From positions 96,001 to 160,000 of the forward strand of contig BTWA01000001.1 in assembly GCA_045863295.1 (NCBI GenBank): a DNA stretch of 64,000 bases, read 5' to 3'. This document shows positions 8,796 through 18,770 of the stretch, piece after piece (positions within the stretch are counted from its first letter, which is position 1; the number at the start of each line of letters is the position of its first letter). The stretch is from Candidatus Hydrogenedentota bacterium. GTDB taxonomy: Bacteria; Hydrogenedentota; Hydrogenedentia; Hydrogenedentales; SLHB01. Made by a program: the position numbers and the translations under genes. The notes under the pieces are model-generated. The model was not told the origin of the DNA, searched no databases, and saw nothing but the letters and a program-made list of their open reading frames with translations.

Positions 8796-10106
8796 TTACT
8801 GCTCTGGAGCGATGTATCCGGCGTAACGGCCCAACCAGTACGCCATGAGGTAGTCGTGCCCATTGAATTCCATCGGCTGATCCTGCGTGCGGTCACCGGC
8901 GCTCTTGTAAGGGTCCTGCACCCAAGTGGACCAGGTTTTCTCCCGCAAGTCGATGGGTACGACGCCGGGACCCGCCAGGGCGGCCGACTTTGGCGCGGGA
9001 TCAAAGGAAAATTCGAACGCCTTCTCGTACTCGCGAATGGTGCTGCTATTCCACTTGATGTCGAACGGAAACAGCTGGAGCGTCTCTATTGATGCCGCGG
9101 TAGTCGAGGCATCCTGTATGAACGTGTTTGCCATGAACGCATAGAACGGATTGTTTTCAGGTTTCACGCCGGGAAAACGATCGTCGCCGGTCCACGCGCG
9201 TTTGAAACTGGCGAGGTAGGTTTCGCGCAAAGTTGGGTCCTCTTCGAGCACCAGCAACGGGTAATAGGCCAAGAAAATCAACACATCGTCGCTGTGATTG
9301 ATGCCGCGGCGTCCCAGCGGATCAGCGAGGCGGCGCGCTTTCACAGCTTCCCCGGCATATTCCTTTTCGATGGCCCAGGTCTTGTAAACCGCCTCGCTCG
9401 CGGGTTCGCCGGTTAATGCAGCGGTAACTTTCAGATGTTGCAGCAGCAGTAACGCGTTCATGGACTCCCGTCCCATTACATATTCCGGATAGTAGCTTCC
9501 CCATTGCGTTGGTTTTCCGTCATGGTCAATGATTCGGAGATTGTTACGCAGCAGGTGATCGGAAAGCGGCTTGACGTTACGTACTGCAATTTCCTTTGCT
9601 TCATCGTCGAGGTGCAGGTAGGCCAGTGCGAACCCATAGAACACGCCGGTCATCTGATCGCTGCTGACATCGTCGCGCCATTTGTACTTGCCGTCCCTGG
9701 AGAGGTTCCAGCCTCCGTCGTCTTCCATGGGCTCGTCGGCGGGCCATGCGGCGCGTGCCAGCAGACCGGGCTCGCCCGAGACCGTACACAATAGTTCCAG
9801 CGCACGAAGGCATTGCTTGGCCTCGGCGAGGGCCTCCGGGTCCTTCGTGGACGCATATTTGAGGCTGAGTGTGCCTGTGTGGATTCCGGTCATGTAGGCA
9901 TTGTCGGGCATGTTGTACGCATTGAACGTGCGCGATCCGGACGGTAACTTGAGTTTGCAGAGGACTTGTCCGTCTTTCATAAAACGTACACGCAGATCAT
10001 GCTCAAATATGGAGGCCTTCTTTGCCAGTGTCAGCGGATCTTGTGCCCATGAAGCGAGGCACGCCGCAGCCACCGCCAGAGTGGCCGACAGGATTCTCAT
10101 GCTCAT
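8796..10106 (-). CDS. Secreted hypothetical protein, possibly an (alpha/alpha)-toroid carbohydrate-active enzyme
   Basis: Signal peptide (ASWA|Q); helical; motifs SGEPGLLAR, WRDDVSSDQ and DYLMAYWLGRY. Confidence 0.65.
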   Translation of the reverse strand: MSMRILSATLAVAAACLASWAQDPLTLAKKASIFEHDLRVRFMKDGQVLCKLKLPSGSRTFNAYNMPDNAYMTGIHTGTLSLKYASTKDPEALAEAKQCLRALELLCTVSGEPGLLARAAWPADEPMEDDGGWNLSRDGKYKWRDDVSSDQMTGVFYGFALAYLHLDDEAKEIAVRNVKPLSDHLLRNNLRIIDHDGKPTQWGSYYPEYVMGRESMNALLLLQHLKVTAALTGEPASEAVYKTWAIEKEYAGEAVKARRLADPLGRRGINHSDDVLIFLAYYPLLVLEEDPTLRETYLASFKRAWTGDDRFPGVKPENNPFYAFMANTFIQDASTTAASIETLQLFPFDIKWNSSTIREYEKAFEFSFDPAPKSAALAGPGVVPIDLREKTWSTWVQDPYKSAGDRTQDQPMEFNGHDYLMAYWLGRYAGYIAPEQ

Positions 10107-10141
10107 TTTGAAGTCACTCCCGCCGCGTTTACGCGTGTGTG

Positions 10142-10960
10142 TCAAATCACTGTTTCCTGCCCGCCGGTTCCACCCGCTTTTGTATCGCCCATGGCCTCGC
10201 GAAAACGCTTGAAATCGTTCCCCAAGGTTTCATGTACGATGGCCACATCGCTGGAATGCGTAATCATATTTGCGCCTTCCCTGGCCCATTCAATCTCCAT
10301 ATCCATGTTCCAAGAGAAGTGAATTCCAACACCCAAATTGTGCGCGCGGGACTTTGCGATGATGGTGGAGATGGCATTTTTAAACACCGGATGCGTGTAT
10401 TGCTCAGGGATGCCGAGATTGACGGACAAGTCGTGGGGACCGACGAGTGCGGCATCCAGATCCGGTACGGCAAAAAGGGCATCCAGACTTTCCAGCGCGG
10501 GTACGCTCTCGATATTGATGAGGAACACATGATCCGCGTTCTTCTGCTCGATGTAGGTCGCGAGGTCTCTTTCCAATCGCTCCTCGCCATTCAGGTACCT
10601 TTCGAGTCGCTTGCCCTTCAGCGGCCGGCACTTGATAGCACCCCGCAATCCCTTCACTTGCTCGATAGTTTCTATGTATGGCGCCACAATGCCGGCCGCG
10701 CCGCCATCGAGTGCCATGCACGCGAGATTCGGGTTTGGCTCCGGAATCCGGACAATGGGAGGAATACCCAAACCGGCAAACGAGCGGCACATCCACGAGA
10801 GTTTCTCGCGATCGATGGGAATGTGTTCCGTGTCGATAAATGCGAAATCCGCGCCGGTCCGCGCAATCATCTCGGGCCATCCGGCCGCGGTGCTGGTGAC
10901 CGCGGTGCCGTAAACCCGCCTACCGGCCCGCAATGCTTCGGCCAATTCCCTTCCGCGCAT
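10142..10960 (-). CDS. HpcH/HpaI aldolase/citrate lyase family protein
   Basis: DFAFIDTEH, PIVRIP, LDGGAAGIVAP, NIES and VGPHDLS. Confidence 0.9.
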   Translation of the reverse strand: MRGRELAEALRAGRRVYGTAVTSTAAGWPEMIARTGADFAFIDTEHIPIDREKLSWMCRSFAGLGIPPIVRIPEPNPNLACMALDGGAAGIVAPYIETIEQVKGLRGAIKCRPLKGKRLERYLNGEERLERDLATYIEQKNADHVFLINIESVPALESLDALFAVPDLDAALVGPHDLSVNLGIPEQYTHPVFKNAISTIIAKSRAHNLGVGIHFSWNMDMEIEWAREGANMITHSSDVAIVHETLGNDFKRFREAMGDTKAGGTGGQETVI

Positions 10961-11125
10961 GGTATTGATCCTTTCCGCCCAATTCGCGTTGATGCGCCCG
11001 CCGGATCAGAGTAGCAAACCCCGGCGCCATGACCCAAGCAAACGGTGTGGGAATGCAAACAAAAAGCGGCTCCGCGTCCCGGATAACCGGTCGCGGAGCC
11101 GCGTGGATTGCCTATTGTGAGGCCG

Positions 11126-12817
11126 TCAGCGCGGGCGGGCTTCTTCGCCAGCTGGCGGGGCCGCGACAGGCGCCGCTGGAGCCGCCGGCGGGGCTGCGCC
11201 GGGAGCAGCCCCGGGCTGATTCTGCATGTTCTGTTGGTCGGTTTGGAATCGCATCTTGGCGAGTTCCGCGTCTTCGACCTTGGTTGCGGAATCCTTGATG
11301 AGCTGTTCCTTTTGCTGTGTTTGCGGACCCGCGTCATCGGGCACCACGGATACAATGGCGGGAATGCTGCTGTAGGCGGCAATCGCCTCATCAAAGCGGT
11401 TTTCCTCGACCATCGTATCTCCCTGGTCGATCTGATCTTCAGCGGCATTAAGCACGTCGTTGATGATGTCGGTAATATTCCGCTTGCTGGACTCGATGCC
11501 GTCCTGTGCGGCCAGATGCTGTTCCTCGAATTCGTCGCCGACGGATTCAAAGACGAGCACAGCCTTGTTATACAGCGCAATGGACTCTGCGTACTGTGCA
11601 TTCACCTTCCGGTCTTCGGCCTCACGCATCACGCTCTCGGCGGCGGCGACTGTGCGCAATGCAACTTGAAGGCGTTCATTCCGTTCGGCAATCGCCACCT
11701 GGGTCTGATTGATCAGGCTGGCGGCTTCGTCGTTGGATCTGTCGATTTCCAGTGCCTGGGTAAAATTCCTAAGCGCTACTTCGAGCGCGTCTTTGGGCGC
11801 CTCTGGTTTTCCCGCCATGTCGAACGACTTCTTACCCGCGGTCAGATAGTGCCCCGCGAGTTTGCTGTTGATCCGGTTCCGCTCCGGACCCTCCGCATTG
11901 TCCAACGCGACCATCCAAATTTGGACACCTCGATCCTTGAGGTCGTCGCGAGAGTAGTTGTAGTAAACGTCGCCGACTTTTTCAAAGGCATCGGCAATGC
12001 CCGGATTCGACTCGGCGAAGATACGATAGACGCGTTCGGCCTCTCGCGTATTGTGCTTTTCATTCAGGAGATGGCTGATCTCGTCCACGTAATACCAAGT
12101 AATGGCCTTGTCGGATGGAGCCGAGTGCGTGGGGTCGGCTTCGTTACGCAGCACGGTGTACCAGACATCGGAGATGGCCTGTACGGATTTCTGGAAAAAG
12201 AGTCCGGTGCCATTCTTGAGGTAGCCGTTATAATTCTTGCCCTGTTTGTAATCGGCGGCGATCAAATTGTGGGCTTCTTTGTAAGGGAGCAGGAGATCGT
12301 TGAAATACATGGGCACGTTTCGGACGTAATAGAGAGGTCTCGCCCGATCGTCGAAAACGATGGATTCGAGATTCTTATCCACGTCGGCATTGATTCGTGC
12401 AAGCAATTCCTTGCTCGCGGCGGACTGATCGTAGGAGTAGGGAAACAAAACGTCCGAAACGATGCGGGCAAGCGTGCCCATACGAAAGGCGAAGTAACTT
12501 CCAACGCCTTCTTTGCGCACATAGCGCAAGAGCTGGATTTCGGCGCCGATGCTTCCAATGGCCTGGCTCACGTTCTCGGTCGGAGGAGGCGTACCAAGCC
12601 CTGCGGGCCCGATCAGGACTCCGCGGAGCACGTCGGTTTCGAAATTGGTTTCATTGTCGCGTGTCTTAAACGGGTCACCGATTTGGCGGCGCACCACCTG
12701 AAACGACGTGCCAATGATGGCGCGTTGCGCGTCGGGTCCCCAGGCCCAGGCGGCATCGGAGATCAGCATGATTGCTGCCGCGCACAGCAGGACATAAGCA
12801 AGGTGTTTGGCGTTCAT
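11126..12817 (-). CDS. Secreted protein: degenerate S1/P1 nuclease or Zn-phospholipase-C-like N-domain plus TPR/helical repeats
   Basis: Signal AWA|WG; TPR-like segments (AFEKVGDVYY, ALRNFTQALEIDRSNDEA, YAESIALYNKA); Pro/Ala-rich tail. Confidence 0.65.
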   Translation of the reverse strand: MNAKHLAYVLLCAAAIMLISDAAWAWGPDAQRAIIGTSFQVVRRQIGDPFKTRDNETNFETDVLRGVLIGPAGLGTPPPTENVSQAIGSIGAEIQLLRYVRKEGVGSYFAFRMGTLARIVSDVLFPYSYDQSAASKELLARINADVDKNLESIVFDDRARPLYYVRNVPMYFNDLLLPYKEAHNLIAADYKQGKNYNGYLKNGTGLFFQKSVQAISDVWYTVLRNEADPTHSAPSDKAITWYYVDEISHLLNEKHNTREAERVYRIFAESNPGIADAFEKVGDVYYNYSRDDLKDRGVQIWMVALDNAEGPERNRINSKLAGHYLTAGKKSFDMAGKPEAPKDALEVALRNFTQALEIDRSNDEAASLINQTQVAIAERNERLQVALRTVAAAESVMREAEDRKVNAQYAESIALYNKAVLVFESVGDEFEEQHLAAQDGIESSKRNITDIINDVLNAAEDQIDQGDTMVEENRFDEAIAAYSSIPAIVSVVPDDAGPQTQQKEQLIKDSATKVEDAELAKMRFQTDQQNMQNQPGAAPGAAPPAAPAAPVAAPPAGEEARPR

Positions 12818-12926
12818 TCGTTACCTCGTTTGTGGCTTATCCGTCCACGGACAAGCACGTTCTAACACCGTCCGGCTTCACGCGAACGGGGATTGCCTCT
12901 ACAAGTACCCGTATGTCCACCCGCCA

Positions 12927-13958
12927 TCAGAAATACAGGCCACTATACCATGGGTCATTCGGATAATACCGGTAGCGGGGAACAAACGGCGTTTCCGGCA
13001 ACCGGTTGCTGCACCACGGCGGAATATTCAACAGCGGTTCATTCGTATATACGTTCAAACGCATCCAATCCGCGAGCAATTCGGTATACGGAGGCTTGTT
13101 CTGCGGGTTACGGTAGCGCACGAATTCCACGTGACCGTCTTTGTAAAGTACGTTGCCGCCGTATGGCAACTGATGATTGGCATTGAATTCGCCGGCTATT
13201 GTAAACGTATCGAACAGCACGGGAATCTGCGATTCGGCTACCGCGCCCCGGGCCGGGTTGTTGGCATCGACCGAAAACAACCGGTCCACACCGTCCCGCA
13301 ACCGGAACAACATCGGCGCGCCGCCGGGGCCATGCGGCCCAGCCAGCGGGATGTTGTCCTGCATGAAGTCGACCGCGCCCCGGGCCATTAAATCGTCGAG
13401 GGCTTCAAACATGAACACGAAGTTCTCCTCGGTGACGGCCGCATAGGGAAGGTAGACATATTGTTGGCTGGTGACACATTCCACGTCGGGATAGGTGCCG
13501 ATAAACCGTTCGATGATGGCTGCGTTTCTGGGGTCGCTGGTCATGATGGGTTCGAGGTGCAATTGCCGCTCAAACGTCATGTCCAGATACCAATCCCGCT
13601 CGCCCTCGGCCATGCGTGCAGTATTGGCCGGGCATTCCATGAGGCGGAGATCCGGCAGGTAATCGGGATAAAGCAAACGCAAATCGACGGCATAGTTGTT
13701 TCGCATCAACGGATTTAACGAATTCCATCCCCAATACGGATTGGGATGGCCGGGCGGGTATATGCTCTGGTTGTCGTGGGCGAACATTTGAAAGGCGATG
13801 GCCGCCTGCCGCATGTTGTTCTGGCAGTATGCCTTTCGCGCGGCCATGCGTGCGCGCGCCAACGCCGGCAATAGCAATGCGGCGAGGATGGAGATGATAG
13901 TAATCACCACCAGCAATTCGATAAGACTGAAGCCGTGCCTGGATTTGGGGCGGATCAT
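12927..13958 (-). CDS. DUF1559-type prepilin-like protein with an H-X9-DG-like C-terminal motif
   Basis: [40 protein letters not shown] and NH...[11 protein letters not shown]. Confidence 0.88.
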   Translation of the reverse strand: MIRPKSRHGFSLIELLVVITIISILAALLLPALARARMAARKAYCQNNMRQAAIAFQMFAHDNQSIYPPGHPNPYWGWNSLNPLMRNNYAVDLRLLYPDYLPDLRLMECPANTARMAEGERDWYLDMTFERQLHLEPIMTSDPRNAAIIERFIGTYPDVECVTSQQYVYLPYAAVTEENFVFMFEALDDLMARGAVDFMQDNIPLAGPHGPGGAPMLFRLRDGVDRLFSVDANNPARGAVAESQIPVLFDTFTIAGEFNANHQLPYGGNVLYKDGHVEFVRYRNPQNKPPYTELLADWMRLNVYTNEPLLNIPPWCSNRLPETPFVPRYRYYPNDPWYSGLYF

Positions 13959-14141
13959 GAGTGTCCTGTCAGAAGCCAGCGAGCCCACGGCGCTTCTTAC
14001 CCCCCGCGTGACGCCGTCAACTAGGTCTAAATACGCGCGGTACAGTAGCATAAGAAGGGTGTGCGATCAACCGTTCACCACGGCTTACCGGCCCTGGAAG
14101 GGTGGGTGAATTGGTACTCAATCCTGGAGTAGACTCTGCTC

Positions 14142-15125
14142 ATGTGGAATTTTAGCTTGGTCCTTATCAGCGTCTTGGCTGCTTCCGGCGAAGTTGCATT
14201 TCTAGCCGGCACCGAACAGGAAGATCGTTGCGTACACGTTCTTTCGGTCGAAACCGGCGAAGTGACACGGGTCGGCCTCGGCGAGCGCGATGGCGCACCC
14301 GTATGGTCGCCGGAGGGGGACCAGATTGCCTTCTCGGCACAATACCCAGACGGGCTGGGAATATATGTTATTCACTATCCCGGCGGTACGCCTCAATTGG
14401 TTCCGGCAATAGGCACTTGGAACCAGTACCCGCGATGGTCTCCCGACGGTAGCAAGCTGGCGTTTCAAGTGGGAGGACTGCTTGAGGCAAGTATTGAGGT
14501 TTTTGATGTAACTAAAAACGCGTCAGTTCGTTATGGCGGTGAAGCTAAAGGACTGATGCGACCGGTTTGGGAAGCCAACGACCGCTTGATAACCGTAGGA
14601 ATTCGAGGGCTGCCCGACGAATTGACGTCTGGATTGACCTTGGTGACCGAAAACAATACCGAGAAGACCAATCGTTCCAGCGACGCCTATACGGTCTGGG
14701 CCGTTGAGCCCAGCGCACCGTTGGAAGCGGTTGCGTTTGAGAGCAACGACGGCGGCGATCGGGAAATCATTGTATATACCGCCCGGTCCGGTGCGGTGGA
14801 TGTATCCAATCATGCCGCAGCTGACCTGAATCCCGTGTGGTCACCGGATGGACAGTGGATCGCATTCGAGTCATTTCGGGGGGGCACGCGTGGCCTATAC
14901 CAAGTGAAACCTGCGCAGTTACTGGTTAAGACTATTGCCGCCGACCCGGGATACAACAATTGGTCACCTTCCTGGTCGCCGGACATGACCCAAGTTGCCT
15001 TTATTACTGATCGCAGCGGCTCGCCGAAGTTGGCGATTGTCGACCTCGCCAGCGGCGAAACCCGGTTATTCGATGCCATTCCGGGCGATCACGCCGCGCC
15101 CGCCTGGAGGCCCAAGGGAAAATGA
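14142..15125 (+). CDS. TolB-like beta-propeller (PD40 repeat) protein
   Basis: Repeated PxWSPDGxxIAF motifs; N-terminal signal peptide. Confidence 0.88.
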   Translation: MWNFSLVLISVLAASGEVAFLAGTEQEDRCVHVLSVETGEVTRVGLGERDGAPVWSPEGDQIAFSAQYPDGLGIYVIHYPGGTPQLVPAIGTWNQYPRWSPDGSKLAFQVGGLLEASIEVFDVTKNASVRYGGEAKGLMRPVWEANDRLITVGIRGLPDELTSGLTLVTENNTEKTNRSSDAYTVWAVEPSAPLEAVAFESNDGGDREIIVYTARSGAVDVSNHAAADLNPVWSPDGQWIAFESFRGGTRGLYQVKPAQLLVKTIAADPGYNNWSPSWSPDMTQVAFITDRSGSPKLAIVDLASGETRLFDAIPGDHAAPAWRPKGK

Positions 15126-16147
15126 CGTCGCGTATAGGACTTGTGCTGATATTGGCGCTGCCGGCTGTGTGGGCACGGTCGGCCGACGGGTTGTTGGACG
15201 TGGTGATCACGCCGAACAACGGCATGCCCGCCCTCGTAAAGCCGGGCGAAAGTTTTTCCATTACTTCGAAATCCGAGGCGACTTTCGCCATCCAAAACGA
15301 TTTGGGCACGTATCCGGTTGCCGTCGAATGGGCACCGCTTCCGGGAGGCCGGTTCCGGGGCACGGCAACGGTGCCCGATGCGGCTGCGCCCGGCGCATAT
15401 GCCATAACGGCCTCGACAGGCGACAAAAGCGATACGACGGTCCGATCGGTGTATGTCCTCTCGGAATTTCCGGAGAGCTATTCCGTCGCGCACGTATCGG
15501 ACACGCACGTCGGATCGGGAAGGCACCCGCGCCCTTCCGAAGCGATTGTTCAGGATGTTTTCAACGCGGTTAATGCAACGGGGGCGGCGTTTTGTCTGGT
15601 CACGGGCGATGTGACGGAAAACGGAGAAGTGGAGCAGTACCAGAATTTCGTGAAGCTGCTTGACACGTGTACGCTCCCCACGTTTGTTGTCTCCGGCAAC
15701 CACGATCGCAAGGCGCTTAACTACGAAAACTTTTTTGGACCGGATGCCTACTATTTTTGGTTTGGCAACGACGGATATCTTGGATTCGACACGAAGGATT
15801 TCATCGTTGCGGATGATCTCAGCCCGCAGGTGAATTTACTGTATCCCTACCGCCGCGCTATCAAACCGGCCCGTTGGGCGATTGGTTTTTCGCATCGCTA
15901 CGAAGCCGATATGGGGATGAACGCGCAATTGACGTTGTTCGTGGACGACCCGCTCGATCATTTCTTCTTCGGCCATTGGCACCGGGAAGCGCGCGCGCAC
16001 GAAAAGGAAGTGCCCTGGAATGCGCCGGGAGGGGCTGTGCCCTACACGGTGACCCCCGCGGCTATTAACGGCGCCATGCGCGTGTTCAAGGTAGATGCCA
16101 ATGCCATTACACCGGAACCCACGCAGAAGGTGGCCGCGATCGAATAG
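15122..16147 (+). CDS. Secreted calcineurin-like metallophosphoesterase
   Basis: SDTH, TGDV, GNHD and GHWH metal motifs; ATGA overlap with the upstream gene. Confidence 0.88.
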   Translation: MTSRIGLVLILALPAVWARSADGLLDVVITPNNGMPALVKPGESFSITSKSEATFAIQNDLGTYPVAVEWAPLPGGRFRGTATVPDAAAPGAYAITASTGDKSDTTVRSVYVLSEFPESYSVAHVSDTHVGSGRHPRPSEAIVQDVFNAVNATGAAFCLVTGDVTENGEVEQYQNFVKLLDTCTLPTFVVSGNHDRKALNYENFFGPDAYYFWFGNDGYLGFDTKDFIVADDLSPQVNLLYPYRRAIKPARWAIGFSHRYEADMGMNAQLTLFVDDPLDHFFFGHWHREARAHEKEVPWNAPGGAVPYTVTPAAINGAMRVFKVDANAITPEPTQKVAAIE

Positions 16148-16172
16148 CGGCCGCGGCGCGCTCCACCCCGAA

Positions 16173-16904
16173 TTATTCCGGTTCCGGCGCCAATACCAGT
16201 TCGCGTCTTAACAACAGGGTATCGCGCAGAGCCCAAGGGGCATAAGCGATCACAAAGAACACCACCATAAGCGCGGCGAGCACGCCCAGATACCAAGGCC
16301 ACGGTCCGAAGTAATCCATAAGGCCTGCACCTGTGGGTTTGGCGCGCAGAAACAAATAGTTTACGTCGAGTCCGACATTTATCGGCGTGATGAGACCTGC
16401 GTAGATGACGGTCGCGACCATGGCCTTTGGGATGGATGCCCACGTGGGCCGATACCCGTATATAACCGCCATGTACGCCGCGCCGTAAACGATGTATACA
16501 TGGCCCGTGAAGTACAGCAGAAAGAAATAGTGTGGAAAATCATATTCGACCTCCGGCATCAGCATCCCCAGCACGGTGCCGATGAACCCCCAGAAATAAA
16601 GCACTTCGAATACAAGTCGCTTGTGCGCGATGAGCAGAACGATAGTTAGGATCGTGGATATGCCGCACAGGTGAAACGGCAGCACTTCACGGGCCTCGTA
16701 GTCGGTAAGCCAGACATACAGAACGCGTTCGATTAAGTACTGAACAGCGATCAACACGGCGAAACTGATTTCAAACCGGCGACACGCTTGTGGACCGGCA
16801 AAACGCTTCATGCCCCAGCACAAAAGAAACCCCACTAACGCGAGGACGAGCAACGTGCCCACGTGGGTCGAACTGAACAGCGTGAACGGACGTTCGTTGT
16901 GCAT
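16173..16904 (-). CDS. YwaF/TIGR02206-type integral membrane protein
   Basis: LPFHLC, YFTGH, NYLFLRAKP and LMDYFGPWPWY; multiple TM helices. Confidence 0.88.
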   Translation of the reverse strand: MHNERPFTLFSSTHVGTLLVLALVGFLLCWGMKRFAGPQACRRFEISFAVLIAVQYLIERVLYVWLTDYEAREVLPFHLCGISTILTIVLLIAHKRLVFEVLYFWGFIGTVLGMLMPEVEYDFPHYFFLLYFTGHVYIVYGAAYMAVIYGYRPTWASIPKAMVATVIYAGLITPINVGLDVNYLFLRAKPTGAGLMDYFGPWPWYLGVLAALMVVFFVIAYAPWALRDTLLLRRELVLAPEPE

Positions 16905-16956
16905 ATGACGTATTCCCCGTGAATGGCCAAGGCCAGGCTTTAGCAAACCGCCCTGT

Positions 16957-18360
16957 TTACCGATTCCGCGCGCGAATCAAGAACGCCCAGTCCAACTTGT
17001 CCGGTTTTGTCAATACCAGTTTCCCAGTGGAATTGTGCCACACACCCCACTCACCGTTTCTGGGATTGTACGAACGCCACTCGTGCTCCACCTCTTGGAC
17101 ATCCACGGCCAACACGACCTCCTGTGGAGCGTCCCGCTTGATGAACACGGCATATTCATGCCCCGGGTTGGCAAGGCAATAAGCGCCCTCGGTAACCAGG
17201 TCATTATGCGGTTTCATCGCATCAAGAGTGATTAAATTCGCGTTAAAAAACCGGCTGGCATGGCCGAGCCAATCCCGTTTGATCATGCCCTTGTCGCCTT
17301 CGGGCACGTGCGGATCATATCCCATGATGCCGGTACGAACAGTCTCTTGATCGGCGTCCGCATGGAAGGCGTAGTGGCCTCCCCCCATGGCAAACGTCCA
17401 GATGGCCGTGCGCACCCCTTCGCCTTGGTACGGCGGTCCTTCCAGAAACAGATAAGGCCGGGCCGGTGTGCCCTTAAACCCGTTGACGGCCAGCGTGTTC
17501 TTCTCATCGCCGGCTACAGTGTCGCTGAACACCCAATCCACGGAATCACGGCGCGCGTTCCAGTCTACCCACACCGCGCCGCGCGACTTGAAGAAAGTCA
17601 GAAAATGGTCGCCGATGTTGCCTTCGGGATACGAATGCTCGTCCAGGAACACAAAGAAGACGTTGCCCAGTCCATTGAGTTGATTGATGTATTCGAGGGA
17701 GAGCCGTTCCCACACCCATTGCGTCTTGCGCGCCGGCGGCCAATCCTCTGACCATTCCATCTTGCAGACCTCATTTCCCGGCGACTCAATTCGCACGGCG
17801 TCCTTCACGTCGGTGAGGTGACCTCCGTTGTCCGCGTGCAATGGATGATAAGCGAAATCTTGCGAGTGCTTTGCCCATCCCGTGAACACGGTAATGCCGA
17901 CAATTATGCCTTTTTCTTCCGCGTATCGGCAGAGATCGCGCAGGCGCGGCCAATACCTGTCCAAGGAATCATTCGGACCATCGTCAAACGTCCGCAGGTC
18001 CCACTGCGAAAGCTGATCGCGCGCCTGCGAGCCGTCATTTTTCCGTGCCCAAGGTGTAATGCCGGGATATACATATCCCCACCGGTCTTCGATGTCCGAC
18101 CCATCCTGCAATTGCCTGGGCGGCGTAAATGACCACACATGCACCATGGGAATGCCTCGGTCGTGGCAATCGTCGACCCACGCGCGGTAGTCGAGGTTTG
18201 CATTTTGAGTGACGCACTGTGTACCGGAATCGCCAAATAGCATGAGCGTCCGGCCCTTGTACACGATGTAGTGCCCGCTTGGACTCACGGAAAGGCCTGA
18301 GGCGGAACAGGCGGCAGCAACCAGCATCGCGGTCGACAGCAAGGCGCCAGATGGCTTCAT
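16957..18360 (-). CDS. Secreted putative glycoside hydrolase (DUF4038-like) with a C-terminal small beta-sandwich
   Basis: Signal peptide from ATG 18360; LSVSPSGHY...LFGD; C-terminal YCLANPGHEYAVF, WRSYNPRNG and DWAFLI. Confidence 0.65.
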   Translation of the reverse strand: MKPSGALLSTAMLVAAACSASGLSVSPSGHYIVYKGRTLMLFGDSGTQCVTQNANLDYRAWVDDCHDRGIPMVHVWSFTPPRQLQDGSDIEDRWGYVYPGITPWARKNDGSQARDQLSQWDLRTFDDGPNDSLDRYWPRLRDLCRYAEEKGIIVGITVFTGWAKHSQDFAYHPLHADNGGHLTDVKDAVRIESPGNEVCKMEWSEDWPPARKTQWVWERLSLEYINQLNGLGNVFFVFLDEHSYPEGNIGDHFLTFFKSRGAVWVDWNARRDSVDWVFSDTVAGDEKNTLAVNGFKGTPARPYLFLEGPPYQGEGVRTAIWTFAMGGGHYAFHADADQETVRTGIMGYDPHVPEGDKGMIKRDWLGHASRFFNANLITLDAMKPHNDLVTEGAYCLANPGHEYAVFIKRDAPQEVVLAVDVQEVEHEWRSYNPRNGEWGVWHNSTGKLVLTKPDKLDWAFLIRARNR

Positions 18361-18443
18361 TGCAGGCCTCCCCCGGCATGTGAATTTGATCAATCTGTTG
18401 ACGTCACCGCTGCGACTTCGAGATTTGGGCCGGAAAGACGGAA

Positions 18444-18519
18444 TGGTGAACGGGGTGGGGATCGAACCCACGACCTCCGGATTAAAAGTCCGATGCTCTA
18501 CCAACTGAGCTACCCGTTC
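18444..18519 (-). tRNA. tRNA-Lys(UUU)
   Basis: 76 nt GAACGGGTAGCTCAGTTGGTAGAGCATCGGACTTTTAATCCGGAGGTCGTGGGTTCGATCCCCACCCCGTTCACCA; forms a cloverleaf with anticodon TTT and encoded CCA. Confidence 0.97.
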
Positions 18520-18582
18520 ACGAAAACGAGGCAAACTAAAAGCGAGCCCTTGACGGGCTCGCGTCCGTTTTTTGCGGTCAGA

Positions 18583-18612
18583 AGTGTATCGAATGGCTGT
18601 AAGACAAGTCAA
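18583..18612 (-). promoter_or_regulatory. Candidate sigma70 promoter for tRNA-Lys
   Basis: Minus-strand TTGACT-N18-TACACT. Confidence 0.55.
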
Positions 18613-18770
18613 GAAAAGTACCGGAATTTGGCAGCGAAACGGTGACAATTGAGCGTGGTGTGGATAAACGCCACTGAATTTGCTCGATTTACGGAACGTG
18701 GAACACAAGGTCAAGCAGAATCACAACGCGCGGGCGAGGCAATCCAAGCCAAAAGTGGTAAACTGAATTC

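Noticed and set aside
11108..12865. Long antisense ORFs (also 25760..26926, 37581..38753 and 62490..63902)
   Set aside because: Shadow frames opposite well-supported genes, as expected in GC-rich DNA; no motifs.
18361..18443. Possible integrative element at the tRNA-Lys 3' end
   Set aside because: No integrase, no duplicated tRNA 3' end and no obvious compositional shift were seen.
18361..18714. N-terminal extension of ORF 16957..18714
   Set aside because: It reads through the tRNA-Lys gene; ATG 18360 gives a proper signal peptide.
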